From: an uncultured bacterium
GTDB lineage: Bacteria; Patescibacteriota; Microgenomatia; Levybacterales; UBA12049
Length of the DNA: 64,000 nucleotides
Reading direction: 5' to 3'
Assembly: GCA_963826535.1 (NCBI GenBank)
Contig: CAWGXL010000010.1
Coordinates: forward strand, 298,814-362,813
Position numbers and translations under genes: made by a program. The notes under the pieces are model-generated. The model was not told the DNA's origin. It saw only the letters and a program-made list of their open reading frames with translations, and made no database searches. This document shows, one piece after another, positions 60,995 through 64,000 of the stretch (position 1 is the first letter of the stretch; every line of letters starts with the position of its first letter).

Positions 60995-62335
60995 CTAAGC
61001 TTCAACCCCTAACTCACTTAATAGATAAAAAGACCCGGTAATAACTATTTTGGTTTTATCTTTTGAATTTAATAAATCTGCAAAAGCCATTTTTGGATTT
61101 GTTTTAATTCGATAATTTGTGAATCCGATTTGCGAAAGAGTACTGGTAATTAATTTGGGTTTTATTGATTCATGAAACCAATCATGTGTATAAATTTTAA
61201 ATGAGGTAATCATAATACTTTTAGCCAACGGAGCAATTATTTGCAATAATGGTTTAATTTCTTTTGTACTCTTAAAAGCAATTAAAAAATTAAATTTGTA
61301 TTTAGGATACAAATGCGCAATTGCTTGAATAAAAGCTTTCATTTTTTGTTCATTATGTGCTGCATCAAAAATAACCATTTTTTTACTTATACGGTATATA
61401 CTTAATCGACCAAAAAAATCTGCTTTTATTAAAGCTTGACGAAGAAGATTTTCGTCAATAACAAAACCATCACGCTTGGACAGAACACTAAGCGCAGCCA
61501 ATGCTAAACTGCAATTTTCTGCCTGAAATGCTCCTATTAATCCCAGAGTTAGTTTTAGCCAATGATTCCCAAAAAAATTAAAAGTAAATATTGTTTTATC
61601 TTTAAATTCTTTTACATCTTTAAAATTAACCCTCTCCCGAATAACAATTGTTTTTGCCATTTTTAATTTCGCGGTATTTGTCAATATCAACTGCGCTTCA
61701 GTTTTTTGCCCGGTAGTTATAACAACTGCATTATTAGTAATTATCCCGGCCTTTTGTTTCGCTATAGCAATAATGCCCTTCCCCAAAATCTCCATATGAT
61801 CCAATCCAAGTTTAGTTATAATGCAAATCTTATCATCGCGATCCACAACGTTTGTAGCATCCATTAGACCACCAATTCCTGTTTCTATCACTGCATAATT
61901 TACATTTTCTTTCCAAAAATAATAAAAAGCTAAAGCCGTAAGAATCTCAAAATATGTAGGAGAACCAAACTCGGTTTCACGCATCTTTTCAATAAATGGA
62001 ATGAGCTGATTTAAATACTTAACAAACTGATTTTTCCGGATAAATCTATTATTTATACGGATCCGCTCTCTAATATCATTAATATGAGGTGAAATAACAA
62101 GTCCGGTACTCTTTCCCTGAGAAGCCAATATAACACTCAGAAGATAAGCAGTAGAACTTTTCCCCGAAGTTCCTGCTATATGTATTACTTTCAATTTATT
62201 CTGAGGATTCCCTAAAAATTGCAATAAATATTTAGTCCGCCTAACCCCAACACCACCCTGAAAAAGCCTCCTAGGATTTTCGGGAATATGAGCAGATAAA
62301 TAACTCAGCCCTTCTGTGAAATTCTCAATCTTCAT
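60995..62335 (-). CDS. folC: Folylpolyglutamate synthase / dihydrofolate synthase family protein
   Basis: IHIAGTSGKSST, SPH..RERI, TYFE, IETGIGGLMDATNV, LDH, DAAHN, TGSFYL. Confidence 0.92.
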   Translation of the reverse strand: MKIENFTEGLSYLSAHIPENPRRLFQGGVGVRRTKYLLQFLGNPQNKLKVIHIAGTSGKSSTAYLLSVILASQGKSTGLVISPHINDIRERIRINNRFIRKNQFVKYLNQLIPFIEKMRETEFGSPTYFEILTALAFYYFWKENVNYAVIETGIGGLMDATNVVDRDDKICIITKLGLDHMEILGKGIIAIAKQKAGIITNNAVVITTGQKTEAQLILTNTAKLKMAKTIVIRERVNFKDVKEFKDKTIFTFNFFGNHWLKLTLGLIGAFQAENCSLALAALSVLSKRDGFVIDENLLRQALIKADFFGRLSIYRISKKMVIFDAAHNEQKMKAFIQAIAHLYPKYKFNFLIAFKSTKEIKPLLQIIAPLAKSIMITSFKIYTHDWFHESIKPKLITSTLSQIGFTNYRIKTNPKMAFADLLNSKDKTKIVITGSFYLLSELGVEA

Positions 62336-62550
62336 TTTATTTTCTTATTTTATTTCGCACGCACACCTTTCAATTGAATCTGATTATTGAAAACGTTGCA
62401 GCTCACGAAAGCATTCACATTCATCCATACGTGGAATTATATATTTTAGATCGTAAATATTCAATTAGACCCAAGCCAACCGAAAGGTTGCTAAAAACCC
62501 TAAAATATGATTAACTAATCACAACCTGTATTTTAATTTGCAAACATAAA

Positions 62551-63003
62551 ATGGAAAATAATACTTCAGTAATGCACAATTTTAACGATAAAAATTCAAA
62601 AAACCCATTCTCTTTGAAATATGTCATAGTGCTTGTTGTCATAATTGGCCTCGGATTTGGCTCAGGCTTTATTTTATCTAAAATTTCTCCAAACCTGATT
62701 CAAGATAATGCCTTACCATCGCCAGTTGGAAAAAACGCAATAGAAAAAGGGAAAACTTACGGATCCAATGATACAAGTACTTTCAAAGACAGCACTGAGG
62801 GGGTCTTAAAAGAAGGAGGAATAGAAGGCGAAGGACAATACCATTTAGTACGTCCCGGAGGAGATAGTCAAAACGTCTATGTTACATCTTCGCTTGTGGA
62901 TTTATCACTTTTTTTAAACAAGAAAATTAAAGTCTGGGGTGAAACTCAAACAGCCCAAAAAGCCGGCTGGCTCATGGATGTAGGAAGGGTTGAAGTGCTT
63001 TAA
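62551..63003 (+). CDS. Hypothetical single-TM protein upstream of ftsE
   Basis: One TM helix then a compact beta-rich domain ([24 protein letters not shown]). Confidence 0.8.
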   Translation: MENNTSVMHNFNDKNSKNPFSLKYVIVLVVIIGLGFGSGFILSKISPNLIQDNALPSPVGKNAIEKGKTYGSNDTSTFKDSTEGVLKEGGIEGEGQYHLVRPGGDSQNVYVTSSLVDLSLFLNKKIKVWGETQTAQKAGWLMDVGRVEVL

Positions 63004-63009
63004 TTAGTT

Positions 63010-63693
63010 ATGATTAAGCTTGATAATGTCTCAAAAGTATATAAGACTGGGACAGCCGCATTAACAGACTTAACATTCTCAATTGATAAAGGGGAATTTG
63101 TTTTCCTTGTTGGCCCATCAGGTTCAGGAAAAACAACTCTTTTTCGTTTGCTTATTAGAGATACTTTGCCATCAAAAGGTATGATACATATCAACGAATG
63201 GGAATTAAGCAAATTATCCAAAAAAAAAGTCCCGCACTTGCGTAAAAAAATAGGCGTTGTATTCCAAGACCTAAAACTTCTCAAAGACAGGACTGTATAC
63301 GAGAATATTTTATTTCCCCTCGAAGTAACTAATACGTCAAATGCAGCTGCAAAACAAAAAGTCGACAAAATCCTCGAAGAAGTAGGAATTACCGAACACA
63401 AAAATAAATTTCCTCTCCAGCTCTCCGGTGGGGAGTTACAACGTGTTGCAATTGCCCGTGCTTTAGTTTTTAATCCAGACATTGTACTTGCAGATGAGCC
63501 TACAGGCAACCTCGATATGACAACTTCCTGGGAAATACTCAGGCTACTTCAAGACATAAATAAAACTGGTACCACAATTATCATGGCAACCCACAATACT
63601 GATATAATAAATAGTCTGCTAAAACGTGTAATAACACTGGAAAAAGGAAAAGTTATAAAAGATGAAAGTAACCGTTCAAAAAAAGTTAAATGA
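63010..63693 (+). CDS. ftsE: Cell division ATP-binding protein FtsE
   Basis: [42 protein letters not shown]; followed by ftsX. Confidence 0.93.
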   Translation: MIKLDNVSKVYKTGTAALTDLTFSIDKGEFVFLVGPSGSGKTTLFRLLIRDTLPSKGMIHINEWELSKLSKKKVPHLRKKIGVVFQDLKLLKDRTVYENILFPLEVTNTSNAAAKQKVDKILEEVGITEHKNKFPLQLSGGELQRVAIARALVFNPDIVLADEPTGNLDMTTSWEILRLLQDINKTGTTIIMATHNTDIINSLLKRVITLEKGKVIKDESNRSKKVK

Positions 63694-63730
63694 AAATTAA
63701 TAATTATCTGATGAGTGAGAACAATAAACT

Positions 63731-63880
63731 ATCCCGCAGCAAGCTGACGGGTTATTGTCATTCCGAGCGACCAACGGGAGTCGAGGAATCTCATACCACA
63801 ATGTTACTAAGTGACATGAGATCCCTCCACGCGCTTCGCTTAGTCGGGATGACAGCGTCTCCGCTGCAAGAAACGAGCAA
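63731..63880. repeat. Composite REP-like palindromic element between ftsE and ftsX
   Basis: TGTCATTCCGA(63756)...TCGGGATGACA(63854) outer arms; inner GAGGAATCTCAT/ATGAGATCCCTC; flanked by CCCGCAGCAAGCTGACGGG and CCGCTGCAAG. Confidence 0.8.
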
Positions 63881-63907
63881 TAAAACCTTAAAAGAGATAA
63901 AATTTTT

Positions 63908-64000
63908 ATGAGATCGGTAAAAACAAGCTGGAAACATATCAGAAGAAATCCATATCAGTCAATGGCTGCAATCTTCATAACAATGATTACGTTTTTTGCC
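63908..64000 (+). CDS. ftsX: Cell division permease FtsX, N-terminus only (partial)
   Basis: MRSVKTSWKHIRRNPYQSMAAIFITMITFFA is a typical FtsX start; follows ftsE. Confidence 0.8.
   Translation, partial: MRSVKTSWKHIRRNPYQSMAAIFITMITFFA

Noticed and set aside
63690-63911. 73-aa ORF as a real protein-coding gene
   Set aside because: It is largely the translation of a palindromic repeat (CHSERPTGVEES...SLHALRLVGMT); kept only as a possible coupling frame

Overview
AT-rich bacterial chromosomal segment using genetic code 11. Gene content, the many orphan genes and the near-leaderless promoters suggest a Patescibacteria (CPR) genome, probably Microgenomates; this is inference. The left part (1-27 kb) holds housekeeping genes (rnj, pnp, rpsO, pyrG, rplS, yraN, pyk, uvrB, ileS, rodA, rplU, rpmA, parB, lepB, tRNA-Val) mixed with orphans, a Lon-type ATPase lacking its protease domain, a divergent RpoD-like sigma factor, a Phd/RelE toxin-antitoxin pair and a sigma54-activator-like AAA+ gene paired with a CYTH gene. 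The middle (29-43 kb) is a surface-glycosylation cluster. The right part (43-61 kb) is a stress and cell-envelope region: small general-stress proteins, a Crp-family regulator, a GAF histidine kinase, an OmpR-type and a single-domain response regulator, a glycogen-debranching-like hydrolase, a RavA/ViaA-like pair, a GH18-GH19 hydrolase, a D,D-carboxypeptidase, a class A PBP and a class F sortase with a tiny Thr-rich substrate. It is followed by folC, ftsE and the start of ftsX. The most notable signal is a candidate regulon: four small genes carry CTTAC exactly 37 bp upstream of a TAnnnT -10 box, with 11-bp phased repeats and Shine-Dalgarno sites, while most other genes look leaderless. Short palindromic elements occur between genes and in-frame inside genes. 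Four single-base frameshifts are probably consensus errors. No database searches were run; all calls come from motifs read in the sequence and the ORF track.
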